Shown in pieces: positions 38,960 through 51,900 of a stretch of 64,000 bases of DNA; positions within the stretch are counted from its first letter, which is position 1, and every line of letters starts with the position of its first letter. The translations under genes were made by a program, and so were the position numbers. The notes below the pieces were generated by a model. The model was not told the origin of the DNA and made no database searches. It saw nothing but the letters and a program-made list of their open reading frames with translations. This DNA is from Lama guanicoe (lineage: Eukaryota): assembly GCA_013239625.1 (NCBI GenBank), contig MU054323.1, positions 15,504,029 through 15,568,028 of the forward strand. Reading direction: 5' to 3'.

Positions 38960-39175
38960 ATGACTTTGTGGTGCAGAAGCCAGAGCTCAGCACCCCCTCC
39001 ATTTGCCACGCCCCTGGGGGAGAGTACTTTGTGGAGGGAGAAACGTGGCACATCGACACCTGTACTCAGTGCACCTGCCACAGCGGCCGGGTGCTGTGTG
39101 AGACGGAGGTGTGCCCGCCGCTGCTCTGCCAGAACCCCTCGCGCACCCAGGACTCCTGCTGCCCTCAGTGTCCAG
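38960..39175 (+). CDS. CRIM1: CRIM1 exon (approx. exon 12; VWC repeat 4), 216 bp
   Basis: Acceptor tttccccAG|, donor CAG|GTAACC. Translates DDFVVQKPELSTPSICHAPGGEYFVEGETWHIDTCTQCTCHSGRVLCETEVCPPLLCQNPSRTQDSCCPQCP. Confidence 0.97.
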
Positions 39176-42100
39176 GTAACCGGCGGGCAGGGAGGCCATG
39201 GCTGCGCCTGTCACTCTGTGGCCAGCAGGCCTGGTTGAGCCCCGTGTGGGACTGTGCCACACCCATAACCAGGAGCCAGGCAGGAGGACCTCGCAGCCTG
39301 TTTCCGAAGTCCATTCCCTCCTGTCGACCACATACTTGTGCAGTCAGTGTGCCTCGCACTTGAGGTGACCAGGAACAAAAAGAGAGACGTTTCTTTCTGC
39401 CTCTTTTTGTTTTTTCTTAACTCTCCATCTCAAACTCAAGACAGTCCTGCTGCACCAGAGTATTCCCAGTGACTTTGCTAGTGTGAAAGTTATCTTTGTC
39501 TTCATAAAATGTGAAAGAAGTTACTGATAAATAACATAAATAAAATTATTCAAAATGTATTAGGGCAGTAAGATACTTTGAGAATGTTAAACAGAGGAAT
39601 TGCTAAAATGTGCATAATGCCCACCTTCTCAAATCGGTGACATTTAATAAGTTAAGATCCAAAAGTAGTAAGTGACTAGCACTGCTTATGTACAAAGAGT
39701 ATTCTTTTCTTTTCTTTTCTTTTCTTTTGGTTTTTTTCAGTCCTCAGATAATCTGGCCTTAGCAGGTAAATTTATGGTCATGAAACAGATACAAGGAATT
39801 TTTGTCAAGACTTTTAAACATAAGTTGCTGATTTTGCAACTAAAGTAGCAATTCTGATTAACACGGGAATGTATGACCTTTTTCCAAAAGATGCTTAATT
39901 TGTATAAATACAGTTACCAAGTTGGCAGCACCCTAGTTTTGTTGTTGCTCAGTCTTCTATGTTTTCACCTTGAATCAGTAATCTTTTACCTTCTAAATGT
40001 ATATTCTTAGAGCATTTCTGCTCAGTAAAACATAAACCCTTGTATTTTATTACTTTTTTATACTGGATTATCTAATCAGCTGGCCAGAATCTATTGTTCT
40101 GTCATCACAGAACTGGCGTGGTCAGTGTCCAGAATTTATGGGTTCACACTGATAATATTTTTAATTGCATCAGATGAGACTGCAGGGATAGCCACATTAT
40201 TTGCTGCTGCTGAGAGATTACCGTCTTAGTACAGAATCGTTGGCGTAATTTGCAGCCATGTTAATTGGACAGGCTTAATTGGTGCAACATCTTTTCCAGT
40301 ATGAGATATGGCTCAGATGTATTATGTCGTTAGGAGGTAAGCTAGTCCCTGCTATATTTTTATCATCACTCTTTTACTTAGACACAAACCCTCTTGATGT
40401 TCCCCTGTTACTATGTAACCACGACTATTCCCATCCTCCTGGTAGAAACCACTTTGAGTGGTCTCTTCATCGGTGATCATGAATTTATATCCATTTTAGA
40501 CATTCGTTTTACAAGTACTTACGGAGTGCCTGTATTGAGCCAGGGGGATCCTGGGGTTGATGAGAACAGACCCAACTCCTATCCTGTGGAACAGTAATCC
40601 AGAAGAAGAGCTGAACAGTCCAACACTCCACGTTTATGTAAATCATCACACAGCCAGAGGAGTGCCTGGAAGGGAGAGAATTCAGAGCATAAACAACCCA
40701 GGAAGGAACCTTCTAACTAAAGTGGGAAGTGCCTCTGGTGCCCCTTGTGTCAGGATCCAAGGGCAGATACAGGGATTGGTTTAGGGGAAGGGACTCCATG
40801 ACCACTGGCCCAGATTCATTCGTAGGACACCCGACTGGACTCAGAAGTTCAGCCCAGACAAAGAACAGAAGTGGGACTCCTGGTTTCTTAGAGCCGGGTC
40901 TCAAGGCAAGTGCGCATGTGCAGAGGCCCTGTCCGTTCCGGCAGGGCAGGGCAGCGGCCTCCCCTCAGGAAACGGGCTCAGGCTCCCCCTGTGTGCCTGG
41001 CTTTGACTTCCCCTTTATAAATTTATGCCTGGGCAGCTCTTCCTTTCTTTGCATATAACTTGAGAGATACTTCAGTGATTGCCTTAAATGCTAGGACTGT
41101 TTTCTAGATCAGTATTCCAAGGGTTACACTTACATCTGTGAATAAGGGTGTATCTGGAATGCTCTTGTATCTTAAAATCAGTCACCGACCCCGTTATTGA
41201 TCTTTCAGAACTTTCCATTCACAGTTGTGTTGCAGTGAAAAAGAGATAAAAAGTCTTAAAATTCAAAACATTGATTTCTTCACATCACAGTAAATTTCAA
41301 GAGCAGCTTTGACAAATGGTGTATTTCACATCTAGAAAATTACCACCTCTAATCTTAGGATACTTGCATCCTAAAGCTGCCTCAAAATGAGGTGTATGTA
41401 CAACTAGAAGAGCTGCACTGCTCGTGGCGATTGCATCTCCGAGGATGCCCTGTCCTTCCCTCTGTCCTGTCCTGGTCTGGTGCAAGGCAGAGTCTAGACA
41501 CAGAAGTGGGTTCATGAAGAAAGACTGAACATCCCTGCAGGTGATGGTACTTCACCAAGGTGAAAAAGGCAGAGGGGATAGAATAGCGCTGCTCTGTTCA
41601 CATTTTTTAAATTCTTTTTCATTTTTGGTTTTTCAGAGTTAGAAAGAAGTATAGCATAGAAGAGAGAAGGGGCTGGAGTAGTAATAAAAAGAACGAATGA
41701 ACACCAGTGAAAGAACTGGTAAAATCAAAGTAAGCGAGTTAATGTGAGAAGTACATAGAATGGCAGGAAAAAATGGGAAGAGAGGCCAAAAGGAGGAAGA
41801 TACTGTGAGCAAGGTTCCCAAATGACGTCTTCAGCCAGGGTTCAGCTAGGAGTTTCCTGCCCCGGGGGTGAAGACCTGCAGACTGCATCTCAGCCTCAGC
41901 TCTCCCTCCAGCACCGCTGGCACATTCCGATGTCCTCTGGGGTCCCCTCCAGGCCGCGTTAAGAGGCCTCCAAACTCCAGGATATTTGTTTCAGCTGCTG
42001 TTGCATGGTTCGGCCGCTGCTGTCCCTGCTTCCTCTTCTAAATTTTCAGGCAGCAGAGGTTGGAGTTGCTGGCAAGAGCTAAGCTGTCATAACCGCCAGA

Positions 42101-42984
42101 AACCTCATGGCAATTTGCAGGGCCCAGTGTAGACTGGAGGGAGTTGTCCTGATCTCCAGCCAGATCAAAAGTTAACATCCGTCAATAGCTTAAAAAGAAA
42201 TCATCCTTGGGCCTGGATGACTCAGAAAAGGCCCCTGAGGAAGTAATCCCGTTATCTCTGGAACCTTACCTGGGATCGGACCTAGAGCACATTTGGAGCA
42301 ACGGAACCAATTGTCACTGCCTTCGGGACTGCTCATAGGAGATAGGATTACACGCTTTGGGCTCAGAGCCCAAAGTAAAGCAGCTGCCTTGTTTCTCAGA
42401 CTCTTCTTGTCAGCTCCAGCGTGTTGGCTGTAGGGTGTGTTCATGAGGTGGATGGGAGGAAAATGTGACACTTAGAGCTTCTGCATCACTGTGATAACTG
42501 CATGTGTATAGAACAGCAGAATTCATGAAGTTGATTCTGAGAAGAGCAGGTGATAATTCCTCTAACCATGCATCCAGTGAGGAAATGTGGTTCTCTTAGA
42601 GGTTTGCTGGGGGGACCATCATGGCTATTTCTAGATTCAAGTTCAAAAGTGGTTGAAGAGCTCTCTCGTCAGCGCAGTTGTGACATCTCTAAACTAGGAC
42701 TCTCACTTTCCTTTGTTACATCCCCATCAGTTTTCTGCTTGAGCTTACAGCTTTCAAGTAATTTCAGTGAATGCCGAGACCCCAAGAGGAATCTGAGCTT
42801 TCTGGTGACGTTCTGTTTTCGGGTAGAGAACACACAGGAGACGTGCAGATAATTACTCTGTGGGCACATCCCTGGGAGTGAGTTACACTTCTCACCCTCT
42901 TTCAGACAGTAGTGTGAATGCCTGCCCATTGAAGTGTTGCACAGAGGTGTCTTTTGATAGGTGCAGTGAAAATCTTTTTGGGTA

Positions 42985-43340
42985 CTGGTTGGTTAGGACT
43001 GCACGTGGCTGCAAATAGGAGAAAACTCAGCTACAGTTTATAAACAGAGGTTATTTTTTATATGCATTATAAGAAGCTTGGAGACAGATTCAGTCATGCT
43101 GATTTAGCGTCTTGGTCATGTCAAGGCCTCTCTCTCACAGGTATGATAAGGATATTATAGCTCCAAGCAGCACTCTCACATTCAAGGCAGGAAGAATGTG
43201 GAAAGATGGTGGTAGCTTCCCATCTGCCGCTCTTTTAGGAAAATGAAAGCTTTCCCTTCCTTAGCCAATAAATTCCATTAACCACAGCTCGGTGACATGG
43301 CCACCCCTAGTTGTGCAGGAGACTGGAGAGGCAGGGGGCA
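42985..43340. mobile_element. Probable MLT1-type (MaLR) LTR relic
   Basis: ggctgcaaataggagaaaactcag ... gtgacatggccacccctagttgtgcaggagactgg resembles MLT1 consensus segments, from memory. Confidence 0.5.
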
Positions 43341-43701
43341 GGGCTGTCCTGTTTGACATATCCCCCTTGTGATCCAGGTCCTCAGCCACCCCCCCATAAC
43401 CCTCCTACCCACCCCAAAATCAGGATTTTGTAAAGCTAAGGAAGAAAGGTAGAGTGAATGTTGTGCAAAGCGCTCACAGAATCCCTGCAACAGTTCTTCT
43501 GTGGTCTTGGTTGTTTTGCTTTATGATTTTAGACCCTGTCCAAGTCAGACGTGCTGTTTCATGACGGAGTCGGTTTTCAGGAGGCCCACAAAGCCACGGA
43601 GCCTGAGAGCACTTCGCAAGAGACAGAGCGGAACTCCCTGTGTTCCCCGGTGGGTGGCCTCCAGCAGCTTCTTCTCCCTGACCTTCTGTTCGTTTTTCCA
43701 G

Positions 43702-43923
43702 ATGAACCTGTCCAGCCTTCCTCATCCCATAACGAGAGCGCGCCTAGTTACTGCAAAAACGATGAAGGGGAGATATTCCTGGCTGCTGAGTCCTGGAAGC
43801 CGGACGTGTGTACCAGCTGCGTGTGCATGGAGAGTGTAATCAGCTGCTACTCCGAGGCCTGCCCTTCAGTGTCCTGTGAAAGACCCGTGCTGAGAAAAGG
43901 CCAGTGTTGTCCCTACTGCATAG
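43702..43923 (+). CDS. CRIM1: CRIM1 exon (approx. exon 13; VWC repeat 5), 222 bp
   Basis: Acceptor cgtttttccAG|, donor TAG|GTAAGA. Translates DEPVQPSSSHNESAPSYCKNDEGEIFLAAESWKPDVCTSCVCMESVISCYSEACPSVSCERPVLRKGQCCPYCI. Confidence 0.97.
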
Positions 43924-46900
43924 GTAAGACTGAGAACAAAAGTCCTTCCTCTCTCCCAGGGACCACCAGATCTACGCTGACAGCCCCTTGCCTAGATCAG
44001 TTCCTGTCTCTGAAATCTGCTTTTCTGGTTGACACACCACACAGACCCAGGGCAGTCACGTCAGGCAGAGGGAAAATGTGGAAGATGGGTTCCCGAGATA
44101 AGCATACTAAGAGTACAGCAGTGCCCTGTCAGGGTGTTGTGATGTTATGGTGCAGTCACGTTCTGTGGGGCTTCTTTGCCATTTCAGGATTTTCAGTATT
44201 AGATCTCTTCCTTCACCCTGTTATGGACAGTGGACTGTTTGTCCACGTAGAAACACCATGTCCCATATCAGAGTACATTTCGTGCCTAAAGCTCCCCTCC
44301 ACCTTGACATCAGCTAAATACCAAGAACTAATTTAATCTCCCAGTTATTCCTCTGTCTGCTGACACTGAATTGATTCTGTTTAAACCATGTGATTGTCCA
44401 TGTTGAGGGTTTAGGGACACAGAGTGAGAGCTGAGTAACTGACAGCCCTCTCCTTCATGTGACCCACGGGAGGGTACAGCTTGTGAGCAGAGGACATATG
44501 TATATTGGCCCCTGACGTCTAGATCGAAACCATGCCTGTGATCACAAGCCAGATGCTGTTCTGGAGTCTAGAAGGTGAGGCTCAGGCAGCTGGCAGCTCT
44601 AATAAAGGCACCATCCCTGCTCCCAAGGCTCTCACTCTCTGATTGCTTTTGCCTCAAGTAAAGCTCATACAGTCAAGTGAAAGACAATGACATGTCTCGG
44701 TCCAGTAGGAAACCTGGAATGAGAGTTAGCAGGTGAAAAATTAACCAAGCTGTATTAATGGCAGGCATCGTGCATTTATGGTGAAAGATTTTTGCATGCT
44801 TTCTAGATGTGAGTCACTGCATCAGGACTGCTCCCCGTCCTTGACAGTGACCTCTGACCGTTAGGGCCACTGACTCTGAACACTCATTCGGTACACTGAC
44901 ATACAAAAGATGGAAGATACTTTTAAAACACAATTTCTGGTCTCAGGAGTTTTACAGAGCTTGATTTTCTCAGTAGTGGTCAGGGAGTGTTAAAAATTAT
45001 GTGTGAAAGATAGATTCTCTTCTCTTCATAGGGTGACCGTCTATCCAATTTATTCTTTAAACTTTGCTTTTATGAGTGAAATGGGGGCTGTTAATTATGG
45101 TGGAACAATGACTTTAGATCGAGAGTGTCCCAAGCAAATGTTTGCCCCATCTTTAGTGACTGGGACTTTGGGTTCGCAGTAACACCCAGAAGCTTTGTAG
45201 CGCCTGAGTGGAGCCAAAAATATATCAAGGCTCATATCCAGTTTATGGCTGCATATCTTCTCAGAGACCTGACCAACATTCATTTGGAAAATGGCACAGG
45301 TTTTGGTGAGATCTGAATGAGAGGTGTGACCAGGCCGCTGTTTCAGGCTGGGGTCTGAGGGAGGTGGGAGTGTACAGCCAGGCCCACCATATTCAAATAT
45401 CTAAACTTCATAAAGAAGCAGTTTGTGAATCAGCCAGGGACCCTTGGCTCACACTGGGAAACCAGGGTCCAGGAGGCTGGAGAATTCTGTTTTACCTTCA
45501 GAGGAAAAACCCAGAGTGAAATCTCTCATGTGTTGAAAACCCTCAGATTTTTTTTTTTTTAAGATGAGAAAGTTCCTGTTGTGTGTTGCTGCTTAATTGG
45601 TAAATGTGTGATTAGTAAATTATTCAACTAGTAAGTTTGTTTCTATGTGATAATAGTAAATTGCTTCTCTTTCTCAAGAGACGAATTTAAGAAATTCAAA
45701 ATTATGAAAAGCAAACTTGCACAGCATTAGTATTCTGTGTTCTTTGTCTTTTTTATATTCTTTTTTCTTTGGCCTTCATACTTTCCTGTTCTAGCTCCTG
45801 CGTCACACTGACTATGCGTTCTGTAGTGTGGGGACAGAAACACGACTGTGGCCCCAGTTTGTGATTTTGATTTCAAGTTAGATTGTAAGCACTTTCATGA
45901 ATTTGTGGTTCATATAACCTCATAATGATATAGTAGAAATTCTGTTTCTGTTCTATCTTCCCCACAACTACCCCCCCCACCACTGATGCAGGTGTAACTG
46001 TATCACATAAACCTGTGACACATCTTCAGGGGAACATATTGGGGCGTCTTCACACTTGATGAGCAATACTGTGTGCTGTCATTCTCTCATTCACCTTCAT
46101 GCCTCATACATGTTTGATCACTGAACTAGCCATTAGGACGCTCTCTCTGCATCATACTTCTTTGCACACAGCCTTGTCAGATGGGCCTTCACCCTTCCTC
46201 CCAGCTTAGGTCCGAGCATGTGAAGTCAGGTTCAGTTCATGGCGTGACGGGGGATTTTCTGACCCTCGAGTTTGCTCCCCTGGTCTCTCCAGCTTACTGT
46301 CTTATCAGCCGCCCGTCTGTGCAGTCCCTCTGTAAGGGCACCAAGCCTGGGCGACACTAGTACAGTTACCAGCTGTGCCCCGGCGGCAGTGCCTGCCTCC
46401 CCGTCCAGCTCACCCAGCAAAAGAAGAAGATGGGAGGACCATCATTCTGTGCGTGGTGAATGAACATCCGATTGTTTCTCATGTCCCGGGGACCAGTGCT
46501 TTCACTCTGTCCTGTTTCAGGCTTTCTCAGGTTGAACCCAGCTCCTTCTTTGCCCAGGTGATCTGTTCCCAGGATCACGTGTGGCCTCCCCCAGCCTGCG
46601 TGCTGACCTCGCTGTGGCTGCAGGTGTCCTCCCTGGGTGAATGTTCTCCCTCGTCAGTCCAGTACAGATCTCTGGAAACCTCAAACCTTGCCTTTAATCT
46701 GACTTCATGTTTTCAGGATAAAACCCCTAAACAAAAGCATGCTTGCTTTCACCTTGTAAAGTAGCCTTTTTACTTACCACAGGAGGATTGAAAATGGGTG
46801 ATCCTACTAAAAGTAGTGTAATTACGTCTGTTTGTGTTCCTTTTAGATAAATTATCAAGTCACTAAAGTGCAAAGATAATGCTTCTGTTCTGATGTGTGA

Positions 46901-48071
46901 AGGCCTCATATTATGTGTGCTAATTTAATAGAATGTGTAATACAGACATAATTAATACGATTGATGATTAATTTTGAGAAGTGAACAGCTTTGTCTAATT
47001 ACTTATAATACCCATCATTAGGGAATTCATCCTTGTACTGGAAAGAAACTAAGCAGTAATTACCCAATCACGTTAATGGAACATCATCTGACTCGCTAAC
47101 TTTTTATATTCTGGCTTCCTACACAAATACACACAAACTTAGATTTTATTTTCATAGGCTTTTTGACTGTACTGATGGCTTAAAGAATGGGGAACGAGCA
47201 TCACAAGATGACTTGAGCATAAATCAGTGCGGGGATAAAAGACCTGGTGCGAATTGTGATGTGTGATGGCAGATTGGGTGTGTGGTTCCTTAGAAATAAC
47301 AGGTGCCTTTACTGTGCAAGGTCGCGTCTGTGGCCTCATCACTGACCACGTGCTACTTGCCGTTCCGAGAACCTTTCTGGAGCAAAAATTATTTCAGTGC
47401 TTCAGTGAGCTCTTCAGTCCACAACTCTTAAACCAGCAGCCCTTACACCACACCACACGACTGCCTGTTCCCGTGGGGATGGCTGTCCTGCCCACATCTC
47501 TCTTGCTCTGATGTTCGTGGTGGTGATGCTGCTGCCAAGGGCTTGACTCCAGCAGCTTCTGACAGCATCCCAGCAGAACGTCCCCTTGTCTAAGGGTGCA
47601 GCCATTCCTGAGTGTTCTATTCGTACGTAGTATGAGTATATTACATTTATATTATGTTATGAAAAAATTGTAAAGAAAGAGCACTACACTGATCATAAAG
47701 CTCTTTCTCAATTTTTAACATATGGGATCTTCAAGCCCGTGTTGCAGCTACGTCATACCTGTTGACATTGGAGATTTGGATGCTCAGATGTCCCCTGATG
47801 AAGCCAGCCTCACTGAACAGGGCTGTTCTTGAGTAAGGAGCTCTTGTGTTGGCCAAGTCGTAAGTATGACTTGGTGCATAGACTATTGTTTTGAAACTTA
47901 CAATTTGGCAAGTATTTTTATTTATTTTTAACCATGTGTTATTTTAGAAAATACTGGGCATGAGATTTTTAGAGTCATATTTGTTGGCTGGAAATCGCTG
48001 AGTCGGTGCATCTTTCTCATTTAAGCTTCTGTCAGAGGTTAGTTGCTTCTGGATGACAGTTGTTTGTGCTT

Positions 48072-48090
48072 TGTGTGTGTGTGTGTGTGT
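48072..48090. repeat. (TG)9 microsatellite
   Basis: Read directly from the sequence. Confidence 0.9.
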
Positions 48091-48859
48091 TTACGCACAT
48101 ATATTCATAACTTGATATGAACAAAGTTGTGCTACTCTGATTACGTCTTCAAGTCATATCTGGTATCTTTTAAGTGTCTAAGTATCTCGTATCTTTAAGG
48201 ATCTGTGAAAATGAGTTCTGTGATAGATGGTACATGAAAAAATGATTTTCTTGTAAGTTGTACTTCTGTCTAATTAGAGGTTAGCTATTTTATACATTTA
48301 TATGTATCTTATATGAATACTTGAGGTGGAGCTTTCATGTGGAGTCCGGCCGGCTTGGCACTCAATTGTGATGGAGTAATTATATTTCCTCTCCATAGTG
48401 ATCTTCAACTAGTAAATGATTAATAATACTTCTCCTTAGTAGGGACAATGCCACAGTTTATATGAAGTCAGTCTGTCATACAGCATTCATTTTTGCTTAG
48501 ATTTATGTTTATTTGTTGAGGTATCTTTTCTTAGAGATAAATACAAATAGTGTCTCTTTGGAACATCTGTTGATCTTTGTGTATTTAACTCAGCCCAGGA
48601 ATCAAACAGTAAATATTTAATTCAGCATCTCTAAGATGTACAACCCACGGAACTAAATGTGGTCCATTTTTAAGCCATCACGTTATGATGCTGGCATCTT
48701 CATGGGAACATTTTTCACAGCTGTTTCTCCAGTGTGTTTTCCTAAAATTAAAAACTTTTGTTTATTGGAACAAGAACATACTTTGGAGCCAAGGAGTACT
48801 TTATGGCCCCATCGCTGGCACATGCTACCTGTATGTCTAGGTGATAGGATGGAACCCTA

Positions 48860-48960
48860 GCTCAGTTTCCTCATCTGTAAGATGGGAATAAAATATGGTC
48901 CCAGGCTTCACTACAGAGCTGGGAAAACTAAGTGACATTAATGCACACGTGAAAGCTTGT
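48860..48960 (+). mobile_element. MIR core fragment
   Basis: ctcagtttcctcatctgtaagatgggaataa. Confidence 0.65.
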
Positions 48961-51900
48961 CCAAACAGTCAACAGGGCGTGAATGTATATTGGCTGATTC
49001 GGTCACAGCTCTTCTAACATGAGGACACCTGACCTGAGGAACATGCATCACATGGGTTCTGGTGTCCCCCTTTAAATATGCACCTGCCTTTCTGTAAGAG
49101 AAAGCCTGGGGTATCACGTCCCAGTGACGAGTTCTGAAGGACGAGAGTATTTGAGGAAATGCTTGGGTGGTGCACGTCAGTCTTCACACTCTCAGCTTGA
49201 ATAGCCCAGGACGACGTCAGCACCTCGCTGTGACCCAGGTGGAGACGCGTGCTGTCTGAGGGTTCGGAGTGCGGCCGTATTGTGGCTGTGCCTGGCCCCC
49301 GCCTCAGAGTGTCACTGTCCTTTCCTGCCTCTGGACGTCACCGTGGGAGAGAGCACAGAGCTCTTCTCTTCTCTCATTTGCTTTGAGAGGCTGGTCCTGT
49401 TTGAGGAGTCCGTGGACCCGTGCGGAGTCCGCTGTGACTCCTGGAAGCAGTGCGTGGCACACGTGAGCGGGGCGTGCTCCCGGCGGGAGGAGACCTGGAG
49501 GGCTTCCCGCACATCCCCCAGGGCTCCAGCTCCCGCGGCCGCCCAGGTGGCCGCCATCAGCGCTGAGTGATTTAACCTGAAAGAGAAGGGAAGCGGGGTG
49601 TTTTTCTGTGTAGTGTTTGGAGGGTGTAAGGCTGCAAACATTCTGGTTGTCATGCACTGTACTAACTTTGGAACTGGACTAAAGTTGTTGCAACCAAAAT
49701 AAACAGGGCTTGATTTCAGTTTGTTTAGGTCTTACCCTCCGCCCTAGGAAGCGCCTCATCTTGCTTGTTCCATAAGCAGCTTTCTCTTCTCACTTCGGTA
49801 TCCTTTCCAGGCCCCTGGCTGTGTAAACAGAAATTCAAGTTGTTCTAGTTAACTTGGGGAAGACCTCTCAGTGGCCTCGTCTTTACCTGGGCTCTGACCC
49901 CACATTCTGACTTGAAAGACATTTGCTGCCCAGAAGGGAGCCTGGCGCCGGTATTGCCGGGGGGGTGGGTAGCAGGTGGCTTTTGCCTCTTATTTCTGCC
50001 TAGGAGGCCCGTGCTGACTGCGTACCCTCTAGTGAGCGGTGGAAGGACCCCACAGAAGGATTAGACTTCCGCGAGGAAGTGTAATCAGACCGCGAGTCAG
50101 ACCCTCCCGGAGGCTGCTGGCGGTGTCTTCCTGACAGCGCTCGGGCTGTGACAGGATGGACCGTCTCCTGTAGGTGCAGAAACCGGCCGCTCTGGCAAGT
50201 GGCTTCCACCTCAGAGTTTTCTTAACAAGACTGTATACTCTTGACTCTTATGTAGGTAGTTTCCTTTAAGTTCTAAAGGAAATTTTATATTTCCCTTTTT
50301 TGGGGGGCCACTGTGACTTTCACTGCTCCTGCCTGCCTTTATATATTTTTAAACTGATTTCTGGATGTATATCATCTCCATGTGTGCGTATGTGCACCTT
50401 GGATTATAAGCTGCATGAAAGGAGTCTTTACTTAAAGTTGAAAATGAAATGTTGCCTTGAACTTCTATGAGGTGCTTGATTAGCCCATAATAGATGCTTA
50501 ATATAAGAATTAGTAAGTTCTGTTCTGAGAAATTCTGTCCTCTTTGCATGTAGTGGATATCAGCCAGAAGTCATTGTGTTTGCCAGTTAGGTGAGATTTC
50601 TCGTGGTGGAACTCAGGAACATTTATAATCTCCGTTAACTGGCAACCCTGTGCCATCATCTGTCCTTTCCAATAGGTTCAAGAAATCTAAGTGGCTCCTT
50701 TGGCCTTTATAAACAGACCTTGACTTCAATCCCAAGAAACAGTAAAGAATAAAAATAAAGCAAAAATGGGACTTCCAAGAAAGGTCTTAAAACTGGTCAG
50801 ATCTGCCTTCACAGTGGTTAAGATAAGACATTACGTGGAGGTAGGAATCAGCCTACATGGCAACATTTGTCTCAGTTTTTTCTTTTTATACAAGTGAATT
50901 AAAAGCAGATGTTTTATTTATTAGAAGCTAAAAGTTGTTAAGATAAAGAACTCAGGTTTTGAGGTAAGTTAGTATTTTTTGCATTTTTAGCCAAAAACCT
51001 TTCATTGTGTGCTGACAGAATTACTCTGTGTTAGATCTCAGCCTCATTGAAATTGCCTAGGCCGCCGGCGTCTGTTTTTAGTACGACTTCTTCATTTGAT
51101 CTGCTTCTCTGCCCTCCTACAGTCTGAGCGGCCGGCGAGCCAGCGTAGTCAGTCATCACCTTCTGTGCCCTTGTTAGTGACCTGCTCGTGATTTGCTCAG
51201 ATTCCTTTGTTGTGATTTGTCTCCACTTTACATAAAGAAAGTAAAGCTGGTTCTCAAACAGGAGGCACCCACCTACCATTGTTCCCCAGATGTGGAGCTT
51301 GTGCCCAGCATGTGCCCAACCTGAGATATAAAAACGATGGGGGTATCAAAGGCCAGGGGTTGCAGTGTCTTGTCAGCTAAGAGAGAGGAAAGCACAAGAT
51401 GACAGAGCATGTTTGTAATGCGTTGTTGAATCCAGAAGCCAGAATGCTAAAAAGTCCTGCCTGGCTATTTCCAAGCCAGCCATGTCGGAAGTGCTTGGCT
51501 GCCTTTTCCGCCCTCTCGCTCAGTCTCACGTTACCCGTAGCGTACCTGGTACCTGTCCCCCACCTGCTGAAGGGATTGCACTAAGGATTGCTTTCAATCT
51601 CTCAGACTTAAGGAAAAGATTTGAGGGGCCTGCAGTTTGCACAGTTTTGTCAGATCATTTGGCCCATCTGTTTGGCTCTGGAACCACACAAAACTGATGA
51701 GACCCTCTGGATCTGGGAGTGTCTCCCCGAGGGCAGAGACCCACCTGCCTCGTGCACCACTGCACCCCGACGTTCAGAACGGTGCTCTCTGCACCCACTG
51801 CACGACTGCACTGGGTTATTTTGCAGTGGGATTTTGAGACATAATGCTGCATTTAGTTTCTTGGCCACGAGGATGCCAGAGTAAATTACTTTTCAGGTCT

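Noticed and set aside
45031..45160. Possible hAT-type DNA transposon relic (agggtgacc...tgtccc)
   Set aside because: Too degenerate to support without a library search.
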